From assembly GCA_041666325.1 (NCBI GenBank), contig JBAYHC010000002.1:157319-221318 (forward strand): a stretch of 64,000 nucleotides of DNA. Direction: 5' to 3'. Shown here in pieces: positions 18,881-27,712 of the stretch; positions within the stretch are counted from its first letter, which is position 1; every line of letters begins with the position of its first letter. This stretch comes from Patescibacteria group bacterium (GTDB lineage: Bacteria > Patescibacteriota > UBA1384 > XYA2-FULL-43-10 > 1-14-0-10-43-13). The position numbers were made by a program, and so were the translations under genes. The notes beneath the pieces were generated by a model, which made no database searches, had not been told where the DNA came from, and was given only the letters and a program-made list of their open reading frames with translations.

Positions 18881-19792
18881 ATGAAACTTGTCTCATTCTT
18901 GCGCATAATCAAAACCGCCTTTGTCTCACTTTGGCGAAATCGTTGGCTTTCTTTGGCGGCAACACTAATTATGATATTGACGCTTATTACGATTTCTTTT
19001 TTCGTCAGTCTTTTATTCGTTACTAACAGGACGACAGAGACTTTGCGTGGCAAGGTTGATATGTCCGTGTATTTCGAGGACTCTACCTCGAAAGATCAAA
19101 TCTTTGCTACCCAGAATGTGCTTTTGTCCCGCTCCGATATAAAAAGTGTTGATTATGTTTCCAAAGAAAAAGCTCTTGAGCTTTGGCGTAAGCGCCACGA
19201 GGACAATGAGAAATTGAGGAATATTGTGACGGAAACTGATAATCCTCTGCCACGTAGTCTTGAGATAAAAACAGAAAATCCCGAGGATCTAGAAAAGATC
19301 AATGACCTGCTCAGCACCGCTGACTACAAACAGCTCATTCGGGAGGTTAGCTATAAGAAGAATAAAGATGTTATCAACCGTTTGGTTAAGATTACTTCTT
19401 TTATCAAGCTTGTCGGCTGGAATCTCTCCTCTGTTTTCGTTTTGATATCGATTCTAATAATCTACAATACAATCAGGCTGACCATTTTCGCTCGAAAAGA
19501 GGAGATTGAGATAATGAAGCTCGTCGGTGCATCGGACTGGTATGTTCGTGGCCCATTTGTGATAGAGGGGGTGTCATACGGCATAGTCGCTGCCGTTGTC
19601 TCAACTCTAGTTTTCTATTCAATTTTTAAACTCACTATACCGGATATCGAGCAATACCTAGGTTTGTCTAACCTTAACTCCTACTATCTTGGCTTGAATG
19701 CATGGTTTATAATATTATTGCAAGGCATCATTGGTTTAGTGCTAGGGGCGCTTTGCTCAGTGTTCGCAATACGTCGGCACTTGAAATACTAG
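18881..19792 (+). CDS. ftsX: Cell-division permease-like protein FtsX
   Basis: Four-TM FtsX topology with a large first extracellular loop. Position directly after ftsE supports the call. Confidence 0.8.
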   Translation: MKLVSFLRIIKTAFVSLWRNRWLSLAATLIMILTLITISFFVSLLFVTNRTTETLRGKVDMSVYFEDSTSKDQIFATQNVLLSRSDIKSVDYVSKEKALELWRKRHEDNEKLRNIVTETDNPLPRSLEIKTENPEDLEKINDLLSTADYKQLIREVSYKKNKDVINRLVKITSFIKLVGWNLSSVFVLISILIIYNTIRLTIFARKEEIEIMKLVGASDWYVRGPFVIEGVSYGIVAAVVSTLVFYSIFKLTIPDIEQYLGLSNLNSYYLGLNAWFIILLQGIIGLVLGALCSVFAIRRHLKY

Positions 19793-19881
19793 ATCAGTGT
19801 AGGCTGCGAGTGAATATGCGATAGCTTGTTTCTGGTTTTGCTGTTGGCATATTGGTTCAACTCTAACTACGACGAGGGGAC

Positions 19882-21135
19882 ATGTCTGGCCAAAGACATA
19901 AAATAATCATATTATCTAAGATAAAATGGAAACGGACAGTGTCCCTGCTTTTATTGTGGGCCATTCTCTTTTCTTTCGCTTCAACCGTTTCGGCTTCGAC
20001 TCTTGATGATCTAATCAAGCAACAGAAGCTAAATGCCTCTATAGCTGAATCAGCGCGGAAGCAAAGAGAGCAGAAGGAGAAGGACGCTGCGTTGGTTAAA
20101 AATCAGATTGAGTATGTCAGCGACAAGATAGATGAAGCGGCCGATGCTATTGAATCGACGCAGGGCCAAATCTCAAGTACCGAAGAAACAATTGATGAGC
20201 TCACCGATAAGATTAGGGCCGAAGAAGACAATCTTGCCAAGGAGAACGACAGGCTTAAGGGAGTAGTGTCTTCGTGGTACATGGAGGGCGAAGATGGTTT
20301 TTTGATCTCGATGATAAGCTCTGACAATTTATCCCAGATGGTGACGCAGCAACAGTACTACGATTCTATTAGGCAACAGATTGACATCTCCATGAATAAG
20401 ATCCAGCAGTTGAAGGACGAGTTGCAAAAGCAGAAGGGTGAGACGACGGGTCAGTATATGGTGCTGCAGGGACTCAAGAACAATCAGCTCAGCCAGAAAA
20501 ACAATCTTGAGTTGCAAAAGAGAATTAAAGATCGATTGCTGAACGACACAAAGGCGATGGTCTCCGAGCTAAGTGTTGAAGAAGAACAGGCAAGAGCTAG
20601 AGTCGCCGAGCTGCAGTCTAAGATTGACCAGATTAAGGCTGCGTCGGTTGGAACTGGGGGTGATGTTATCTCTACTTCAGCCGAGGGTTGGTATTTAAAG
20701 CAGGTTGATGACAGGTGGAGTGACTATAAGATGGGAAATTATGCAACAATTGGTCTTTATGGCTGTCTAATAACCTCTCTTGCCATGATCGCAAACTACT
20801 ATGGCTCAAACTATACACCTGTGACAGCAGTACAAAATTCCTCATTTGTTCGCGGCGGGAGATCGGATGGCGCATTGATACAAACGTCTATCGTTAGTGA
20901 TGGGGGATCTGTCCCAATTGATTGGGCCAAGGTTGACACAGAGCTAGCAGCAAGCCATCCAGTCGTTGTCGGCGTGGCTATGGGTGTCGATATGGGCAAC
21001 ACTTATGGTGTTTCTCATTTCGTTGTACTAAAGTCCAAGATGTCAGACGGCAGATACGCGATGCAGGATCCTCTTGGTGAAGGGCGAGGCTATCGCAAAT
21101 CGCAAATCAAGGCGATGAGAGTTGTCAGACCTTGA
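19882..21135 (+). CDS. Secreted coiled-coil protein with a C-terminal papain-like (C39-like / Peptidase_C39_2-type) cysteine peptidase domain; a PcsB/CwlO/RipC-style partner of FtsEX
   Basis: Signal peptide, then about 230 aa of heptad-rich coiled coil, then the C-terminal motifs YGCLITSLAMIANYYG (Cys), SHFVVL (His) and MQDP. The gene order ftsE-ftsX-this gene supports the role. Confidence 0.55.
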   Translation: MSGQRHKIIILSKIKWKRTVSLLLLWAILFSFASTVSASTLDDLIKQQKLNASIAESARKQREQKEKDAALVKNQIEYVSDKIDEAADAIESTQGQISSTEETIDELTDKIRAEEDNLAKENDRLKGVVSSWYMEGEDGFLISMISSDNLSQMVTQQQYYDSIRQQIDISMNKIQQLKDELQKQKGETTGQYMVLQGLKNNQLSQKNNLELQKRIKDRLLNDTKAMVSELSVEEEQARARVAELQSKIDQIKAASVGTGGDVISTSAEGWYLKQVDDRWSDYKMGNYATIGLYGCLITSLAMIANYYGSNYTPVTAVQNSSFVRGGRSDGALIQTSIVSDGGSVPIDWAKVDTELAASHPVVVGVAMGVDMGNTYGVSHFVVLKSKMSDGRYAMQDPLGEGRGYRKSQIKAMRVVRP

Positions 21136-21437
21136 ATATAGTCCAAGAGCCTGCTTAACAACTACGTCCGATAGTCATAACCGGCAAATTTTGTCTGCAA
21201 AGGCGCGAGTTGTTTGTCAAAGTAGTTTTGGCTACTCTTCCTCATAGCTCCCGCTTTTCGCCCCACAGAGGGGCCCATTGGTGGGGCTCAATCCGCCGGC
21301 TGGCGGATTGCTCGCTTCTGTCTTGGTGATCAGTTATTAAGCACACTTTTAGTTTTAGCTGCGGGCACAAACAGAAAAACCATCAATCGACAATCTAGAT
21401 TCTGGCTGAAAGCAGCCTAATAGGCTATAATAGTTTT

Positions 21438-22664
21438 GTGGAAAAAGATTTCAACTCAAAAATAAAGAAAAAACACTTTCTCAAATTGGTGACTCCTGTC
21501 TTGGTTTGTGCAATATTGGTTTACCTCTCTTTTGCGATTGGATATACCCAGGGCCAAAAAAACTTTGTTTCCAAGAATCAGGACAAGGTTGTCAATACCG
21601 AATCAGGTAAACCGAAAGACGTTAGTTTCTCAATCTTTTGGGAAACCTGGAACAAGCTGAGAGAAAAATCTGTTACCGAAACTGATGCTCAAAAGATGAT
21701 TGACGGATCAATCTCCGGAATGGTCTCATCGCTCGATGATCCTTACACCATGTTCATGAGCAAGGAAGAAAATAAGCGTTTCCGTGAGGATATTTCTGGC
21801 GAGTTCGGAGGAATCGGAGTCGAAATTGCACCCAAAGATGGGGTGCCGACCGTTGTGTCTGCGCTTGATGGTACTCCAGCACAGAAGGCTGGGATTAAGA
21901 CAGGTGATATCGTCGATGAAGTTGACGGCACTAAGACTTCAACAATCAGTTTTGAGGAAACAATAAACAAAATTCGTGGCCAAAAGGGCTCTGAGGTTAA
22001 ACTAAAAATCGTTCGTGCAGCAACTGCCGACCCAATTGAATACAGCGTTGTTAGAGATACCATTGTCGTTAAGAGCGTCCAATGGGAGAGGAAGAAGGAG
22101 GGTAGCAAGGACATCCTTTACATCAAGGTTAGACAATTCGGTGACGATACTAGCAAGGGTTTTTCTGATATCGCCAAGGAGGTTGCTGCATCAAAGCCTG
22201 ATGGGATAGTTGTCGATCTGCGCAACAACCCTGGCGGGTACTTGGTGACAGCCGTTGACTTGGCCAGTTACTTTATCGATGGCGGCGTGGTTGTTTCTGA
22301 GAAAGGCAAAAACGACAAAGTCAAAGAATACAAAACAACGACTAAGGCTCGCTTAAAAAATTATAAATTGGCCGTGCTGGTGAACAAAGGGTCTGCTTCT
22401 GCTTCGGAGATTTTTGCCGGAGCGGTTCAAGACAGGGGCTCAGGAAAAATATTCGGAGAAAAAACCTTTGGCAAAGGGAGTGTCCAGGAGCTAGTTGAGC
22501 TTTCCGATGGTTCTGCCTTAAAGGTTACGGTTGCAAAGTGGTTTACGCCAAAAGGGCGCCAGATAAATGAGCAGGGAATCTCTCCCGATGTTGAAGTAAG
22601 CGATCAGGAATCAACCGCGGATGACGAGCAGCTCATCAAGGCTCTTGAGTATGTGAGAAATTAA
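21438..22664 (+). CDS. ctpA: Carboxyl-terminal processing protease (S41 family, PDZ domain)
   Basis: PDZ segment (GIKTGDIVDEVDG), S41 catalytic region (GSASASEIFAGAVQD, K in TFGKGS). GTG start immediately downstream of a TATAAT box. Confidence 0.85.
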   Translation: MEKDFNSKIKKKHFLKLVTPVLVCAILVYLSFAIGYTQGQKNFVSKNQDKVVNTESGKPKDVSFSIFWETWNKLREKSVTETDAQKMIDGSISGMVSSLDDPYTMFMSKEENKRFREDISGEFGGIGVEIAPKDGVPTVVSALDGTPAQKAGIKTGDIVDEVDGTKTSTISFEETINKIRGQKGSEVKLKIVRAATADPIEYSVVRDTIVVKSVQWERKKEGSKDILYIKVRQFGDDTSKGFSDIAKEVAASKPDGIVVDLRNNPGGYLVTAVDLASYFIDGGVVVSEKGKNDKVKEYKTTTKARLKNYKLAVLVNKGSASASEIFAGAVQDRGSGKIFGEKTFGKGSVQELVELSDGSALKVTVAKWFTPKGRQINEQGISPDVEVSDQESTADDEQLIKALEYVRN

Positions 22665-22703
22665 ATTTTCGATATGCACATAATCGGTTGCTTCTGATAA
22701 CGT

Positions 22704-24815
22704 GTGCAGACGACCAAATGGAGGGAGTTAGTGGCAGGGGATAATTCTACAAATACGACCCAAAGTTCTGCAACAAGCGTGCCGAATGCGGTTGCGGTTC
22801 CAGTAGCGCAACCAAATTCTGGAAGTCCTTGGGACGAGGATATTGACTTGCCCTCGGAGGAACCAGGGGTGAAGCCAACCGTGATTGGTTCTCTTGACGA
22901 TAGCGGTGACGAGAGCGCGCCAGTTCCTTTTTCTGTTCCAAAAGATATTGAGGAAAAGATTGGCCAGAAGGTTCCAGCAGAGAACTATATTGATCCTGAT
23001 CCCAGCAAAGTCGCTGCTGCAACATCCACCACTATTCCGGCGCAAATCCCAACAAACGAAAAAACTGTCGACACAATCAAGCCTAATGTCGGTCAAACTC
23101 AAGTCGCTAGCAACCCTTCAGCGCAAGTGGGGAGTCGGCCCAATTCTGGGCAAGTGCCAAGCCAAAATATTGTTGCAAACCTAAAAGCAAAAATTGAAAA
23201 CAAACCACAACACGATGAAAAGGCGCTCTCGCTAAATTCCTCTAATGATTATGTGGCACAAAAAATTGGTATAGATTCCGCCAGTCCACCCGCTGAAGCA
23301 GTGCCAGTTCCTGCCGTTGCCCCAAAGAAGACGTCCAGTTTTGAAATTGTTAGACTAATCCCCTTGTTTGTCTTGGTAATACCTCTATTCTTATTGCTAA
23401 TTTTGTCGCTGCTCACAGAAAAGGGTTTTTTGTCGATCGGAGTTGAGAAGATCTATGGTGCTGTCGGCTTAGAACGACTTTGGGGCGGTCTGTCCAAGGA
23501 TGCCGAGAGTTCACTTGTTAGAAGCGTGGTGGAAATGAGATCCCATCCCAACTTTAAGATAAAAGGGACAATGACTTTGTCGATTGATAAGTCTATAAAG
23601 TCGATAATTGTTTCGCCTCTCGTTGCAATCGGCCCGGATAAAAATATTGTCGCTGACTCGAATGTCTTAAATATTGTTACGGCTGCTATAACTCAGGGTA
23701 CTTCGAATGGTAGCTCTTCTGCCTACGATTACACCATAACAAATAGCTATCTTGACGAGACTTCAAGCGATGATCCCGGCTCTGGCTCTGATACTAGCTC
23801 CAGTTCTGTCTACGATGATGTTGCATCCACCGGTACCTCGGCATCGAGTTCGGCTGGTAGCTCAACAACCACGAAGAAACAAGAGGATTATCCTTCGTAC
23901 CAATATCAAGGATCGACAATCAAAGATGTCGACGTCAGTATTGCGTCATCGTTTGGGGAAAACGGAAACGAGAGCACACTGGAGGTCAAAAAAACTAGTG
24001 GAACCTATCCGGTCTTGCTGAAGAACAAAGAAGATAAATTATGGTTGAAGAGTGATCCCTATATCAAATATAGCAATCGAGTGAGCAATGATCAGTGGCT
24101 CGAGTACACCATTCCCTCACTCTTGGGCAAAAAAGTCCAGTCAGAGTTTTTCTCGCTCAAATCTGACGCCGGCCTATCGGTGCGTGGAATAAGGTTGGGC
24201 AATGAAAAGATCGGGGGTGAGAGGGCTTATCATTACAAGGTTTCCAGTTTTGAGATTGGTAACTCGCTATCATCTTTGGGCATAACTTCGGATATGGTCC
24301 AGAGTGTCTCGGGCGATATTTGGATCGGAGTTGAGGACAAACTGATCAAGCGGGCCGAACTGAAGATTCTGACCTCGCCTTCAACTGCAGTAACACAGAT
24401 CATTCTAAAGGCTGATTTTATTGACTACGACGTAGAAAATAGGTTAACGGCTCCCGAGGATAATTTGGTCATTAAAGCCACCGAGGATGATCTAAGTGTC
24501 AATACTGATGTGCGGCGCAAGGGTGATCTGGCAACAATTCGCGATGCGCTAGAGGAGTACAAAGTTGATAATGACAAGTATCCGGAAACCAACGGTATTG
24601 TCAAACTTAATAGTCCTGGTAATATCTTAGGCAGTAGACTCGTACCCAGTTATCTCGCTGCGTTGCCATCGGATCCGAAAGCTACGGAGGGTTGGTATTA
24701 TTCTTACAAGTCGGATGGGAAAACCTTTAGTCTTGGGTCGCGCCTAGAAAATGAGACAGATCCCGAGGGTCAGTCTGTTGGTTCGGTGTACCTTTATCTT
24801 TTGTATAATAAGTAA
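22704..24815 (+). CDS. Large type-II membrane protein (703 aa) with a low-complexity cytoplasmic N-terminus, one TM, a Ser/Thr-rich linker and a C-terminal GspG/type-IV-pilin-like (pseudopilin fold) domain. The probable real start is the GTG at 22731
   Basis: The C-terminus (DLATIRDALEEYKVDNDKYPETNG...LPSDPKATEGWYYSYKSDGKTFSLGS) closely parallels the GspG/PulG core (LxxYxxDNGxYPxxxxGL...LPxDPWGxxYxY...FSLGxDG). No prepilin G/FTLIE leader is present. The internal TM is IVRLIPLFVLVIPLFLLLILSLL. Confidence 0.5.
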   Translation: MQTTKWRELVAGDNSTNTTQSSATSVPNAVAVPVAQPNSGSPWDEDIDLPSEEPGVKPTVIGSLDDSGDESAPVPFSVPKDIEEKIGQKVPAENYIDPDPSKVAAATSTTIPAQIPTNEKTVDTIKPNVGQTQVASNPSAQVGSRPNSGQVPSQNIVANLKAKIENKPQHDEKALSLNSSNDYVAQKIGIDSASPPAEAVPVPAVAPKKTSSFEIVRLIPLFVLVIPLFLLLILSLLTEKGFLSIGVEKIYGAVGLERLWGGLSKDAESSLVRSVVEMRSHPNFKIKGTMTLSIDKSIKSIIVSPLVAIGPDKNIVADSNVLNIVTAAITQGTSNGSSSAYDYTITNSYLDETSSDDPGSGSDTSSSSVYDDVASTGTSASSSAGSSTTTKKQEDYPSYQYQGSTIKDVDVSIASSFGENGNESTLEVKKTSGTYPVLLKNKEDKLWLKSDPYIKYSNRVSNDQWLEYTIPSLLGKKVQSEFFSLKSDAGLSVRGIRLGNEKIGGERAYHYKVSSFEIGNSLSSLGITSDMVQSVSGDIWIGVEDKLIKRAELKILTSPSTAVTQIILKADFIDYDVENRLTAPEDNLVIKATEDDLSVNTDVRRKGDLATIRDALEEYKVDNDKYPETNGIVKLNSPGNILGSRLVPSYLAALPSDPKATEGWYYSYKSDGKTFSLGSRLENETDPEGQSVGSVYLYLLYNK

Positions 24816-24896
24816 TTAAGAGTCGAAGGGGCAGAGACAGAAGCTGAAGGTCGCACTCTCGGTCTCTCTTGCCTCGCGCACTTACAAGGAGTTTAT

Positions 24897-25442
24897 ATGT
24901 GGATTGCAATTGGTGCTGTTGTCGCTGTCATTCTTATTGTCGCAGTAATGTACAATCGATTAGTATCGCTGAAAACAAGAACAGAGGAAGCTTGGAGCGA
25001 TATTGATGTTCAGCTCAAGCGCAGGTATGATTTGATTCCCAACCTGGTCGAGACTGTCAAAGGTTATGCAAAGCACGAAAAAGGACTCCTGGAAGAGGTC
25101 ACAAGGGCTAGGGCGGAGGCAATTAGCGCTAAGGGAATTGGGCCGCAGGCCAAGGCAGAGAATCACATAACGGAAGCTTTGCGTTCAGTTTTTGCTGTAG
25201 CTGAGAATTACCCTGACCTCAAGGCAAATCAGAATTTTGCGCAGTTGCAGTCTGAGATAACCGATACCGAGGACAAAATTCAGGCTGCTCGTCGTTTTTA
25301 CAATGGAAATGTGCGCGATCTCAATATTGCAATAAGGAGCCTTCCAACCAATATTATTGCTGGCCTCTTCGGATTTAAGGAAAGAGAGTTGTTTGAGCTG
25401 GAAAATGAAGCCGAGCGCAAGCCTGTCGAGGTTAAGTTCTAA
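24897..25442 (+). CDS. lemA: LemA family protein
   Basis: N-terminal TM plus the conserved LemA core (YNRLVSLKTRTEEAWSDIDVQLKRRYDLIPNLVETVKGYAKHE). Confidence 0.8.
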   Translation: MWIAIGAVVAVILIVAVMYNRLVSLKTRTEEAWSDIDVQLKRRYDLIPNLVETVKGYAKHEKGLLEEVTRARAEAISAKGIGPQAKAENHITEALRSVFAVAENYPDLKANQNFAQLQSEITDTEDKIQAARRFYNGNVRDLNIAIRSLPTNIIAGLFGFKERELFELENEAERKPVEVKF

Positions 25443-25471
25443 TAATTATTCTTTCGAGTAAAAGGAGCCAA

Positions 25472-25888
25472 ATGCCTGCCAAAAGTGGATTAGCCATTCA
25501 TCACAAGATAAGAGAAAAAGCTAAACACATAGCGCGACAAGTGTCGAAGAGAATCAAGCCCAAGAAGAAAAAACAGAACGATTTTCCTTTGATAGAGAAT
25601 AATGTTAAGTCAAGAATTATGGCAGCGTTGTCATATGTTCATGTCGTTGTCTTGGTACCGTTGGTTTTTGCTCGAAAAAATAGCTACGTTAAATTTCATG
25701 CCAAACAGGGTGTTGGGTTGTTGATCATTTGGCTTCTAGCACTTCTTCTCTTTTGGGTACCAATAGTTGGCTGGCTGCTGGTTCTTGTTTCCGTTGCCGG
25801 CCTGTTTTTTGGGGTTACGTCAGCACTCACCGGACAGGAAAAACGTTTGCCCGTCATCGGCCGGATGGCCCAGAGCTTCAAGGTCTAA
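25472..25888 (+). CDS. Small membrane protein (DUF4870-like?)
   Basis: Basic N-terminus then 2-3 TM helices, located between lemA and htpX. Confidence 0.4.
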   Translation: MPAKSGLAIHHKIREKAKHIARQVSKRIKPKKKKQNDFPLIENNVKSRIMAALSYVHVVVLVPLVFARKNSYVKFHAKQGVGLLIIWLLALLLFWVPIVGWLLVLVSVAGLFFGVTSALTGQEKRLPVIGRMAQSFKV

Positions 25889-26083
25889 GCGAGCTCGGTA
25901 TTTGACTTATTGAGTCGGGAGAGATATTTTCAGGCTGATAGTTCGTGTTTAAAGATAGCAGTAAGGCAGTGGGGAAGTAAGCTTCAAGACGGTTGCTCGA
26001 TTTGTTGCTCTACTGATCTTGCCGCATCATTATTTACTGGTATCTTGTTTGTTATTTGAAATTTTGACTTAGGACTTATTGTT

Positions 26084-26956
26084 ATGTATTCACAAATTGA
26101 TTCAAACAAGCGAAGAACAGCTTTTCTACTCGCCATCTTTCTAATATTCATTATTGGCCTAGGTTGGTTCTTGTCACGGGTTTATGGTAATCCGGCCATA
26201 CTTTACATTGCGGCAATTTTTAGTATGGTTCAGACACTCGTAAGTTACTATTACTCTGATAAAATTGCCCTGGCCGTTTCCAACGCCACGGAAGCGCCAA
26301 GAAAGGAGCCGTTTCTTGAGCTTCATCGTATTGTGGAGAATCTTGCTATCACAGCCGGAATTCCTCGGCCGAAAATTTATATAATCGAGGATAGTGCCCC
26401 GAATGCGTTTGCTACCGGGCGTGATCCGAAACATGCGGCTGTTGCCGTAACGACGGGGCTGTTGTCCAAATTAAATAAACCTCAGATGGAGGGCGTGATC
26501 GCACACGAGCTTTCGCATATTGGTAATTATGATATTCGCCTGATGACGGTAGTGGTTGTGCTGGTCGGCACAGTAGCGCTTGCGGCGGATTGGTTTTTGC
26601 GCAGTCTTTGGTTTCATGGCGACAGGGAGGAAAGACAAGGTGGTCAATTTCTTATCTTGATAGGAATTGTCTTGGCTGTGGTGGCGCCAATCGCAGCAAC
26701 GTTGATTCAGCTGGCGATCAGTCGAAAGCGCGAGTATTTGGCGGACGCAACCGGCGCTCTCATGACCCGCTATCCCGACGGTTTGGCTGAGGCGCTTGAG
26801 ATAATTGCCAAGGACAAGGAGCCGCTCGAAGTAGCTAACCGGGCAACCGCCCATCTCTACATTTCAAATCCACTTAAGGGCGTGAATATATCAACACTGT
26901 TTTCGACTCACCCGCCGATTGAAGACCGAGTCAAACGACTCCGCCATATGGCATGA
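26084..26956 (+). CDS. htpX: Zinc metalloprotease HtpX (M48)
   Basis: HExxH motif (AHELSHI), four TM segments, conserved C-terminal stretch STHPPIEDRVKRL. Confidence 0.85.
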   Translation: MYSQIDSNKRRTAFLLAIFLIFIIGLGWFLSRVYGNPAILYIAAIFSMVQTLVSYYYSDKIALAVSNATEAPRKEPFLELHRIVENLAITAGIPRPKIYIIEDSAPNAFATGRDPKHAAVAVTTGLLSKLNKPQMEGVIAHELSHIGNYDIRLMTVVVVLVGTVALAADWFLRSLWFHGDREERQGGQFLILIGIVLAVVAPIAATLIQLAISRKREYLADATGALMTRYPDGLAEALEIIAKDKEPLEVANRATAHLYISNPLKGVNISTLFSTHPPIEDRVKRLRHMA

Positions 26957-26962
26957 GGACAA

Positions 26963-26993
26963 ATAAAAAAGCGGGGGGCCAGGCTCCCCCGCT
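26963..26993. terminator. GC hairpin (GCGGGGGG-CCAGGC-TCCCCCGC) with an A-run on its 5' side. It works as an intrinsic terminator for the minus-strand gene at 27018 and may also terminate htpX
   Basis: 8-9-bp stem seen in the sequence. The U-tract lies in the minus sense. Confidence 0.55.
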
Positions 26994-27017
26994 GCGGTAC
27001 GTGTTGTTCGGTTGCTC

Positions 27018-27599
27018 TCACCGAGGCGAGAACTTGATCGGAAAGGTCTTGGTCGCACTCTTGCCTTTCCACTCGATCTTGACCAGGACCTCGCCACGGT
27101 CCATCTTGGGGAGCAAGACGCTCTCTTCGTGTTCGAAAATGAAGACGTCCTTTGGCGGTGCCAAGGAACGCCACTCGTAGGAGATGACCGGAGTCATCCT
27201 GCCTGCGATCTTCTCGTGGTGCATGTAGAACTTGCTTGTCTCGAACTTGCGACGCCGGTAGGCGATGTAGTGGCCGTTTGCGTCACGTAACCAGATGTGG
27301 GTAGTTAGCCCACGGATCAGGGGTACCCAGGCGAACACCTGCATGCTGTTGATGTCGGTGTACTGGAAGGACTTGCCGTTCGGGTCCAGGCCGGACTCGA
27401 ACTGGGGCAGGGCCTCCTTTGTTACCGTAACAAGGGCCTTCTCAAAGAAGGTGCTGGGCTGGTAGCTGCGGATCTTCTCCTCGCGCAGGTCTTCGCGACT
27501 CCCCTTGACTGTCTCGCAGCGCAAATCCGGCGGGATAGGTCCCGCAAGCGCCGCCGACATGGCCGTGACGACCAAGGTTATAATCAGCCGTTGTTTCAT
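27018..27599 (-). CDS. Hypothetical secreted protein, high GC. The ORF track extends to 27716; the likely start is the Met at 27599 (MKQRLIITLVVTAMSAALAG...)
   Basis: Signal-peptide-like N-terminus, GGAGGGA RBS, and an upstream TTGCAC-17-TACAGT promoter at about 27618-27646 (minus sense). No family recognised. Confidence 0.5.
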   Translation of the reverse strand: MKQRLIITLVVTAMSAALAGPIPPDLRCETVKGSREDLREEKIRSYQPSTFFEKALVTVTKEALPQFESGLDPNGKSFQYTDINSMQVFAWVPLIRGLTTHIWLRDANGHYIAYRRRKFETSKFYMHHEKIAGRMTPVISYEWRSLAPPKDVFIFEHEESVLLPKMDRGEVLVKIEWKGKSATKTFPIKFSPR

Positions 27600-27681
27600 C
27601 GGTATCCCTCCGTCTCTCTGCCTGGCGGTGATACTGTACAATATTTTGCCTTTTTGTGCAATAGTTAGCGACAGGACGAAG

Positions 27682-27711
27682 AAAAAAGCCAGCGGGCTAT
27701 ATGCCGCTGGC
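27682..27711 (-). terminator. Intrinsic terminator of the WD40-like gene (GCCAGCGG-GCTATATG-CCGCTGGC followed by U6 in the minus sense)
   Basis: Perfect 8-bp stem directly after the stop codon at 27713, followed by TTTTTT on the minus strand. Confidence 0.7.
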
Positions 27712-27712
27712 G

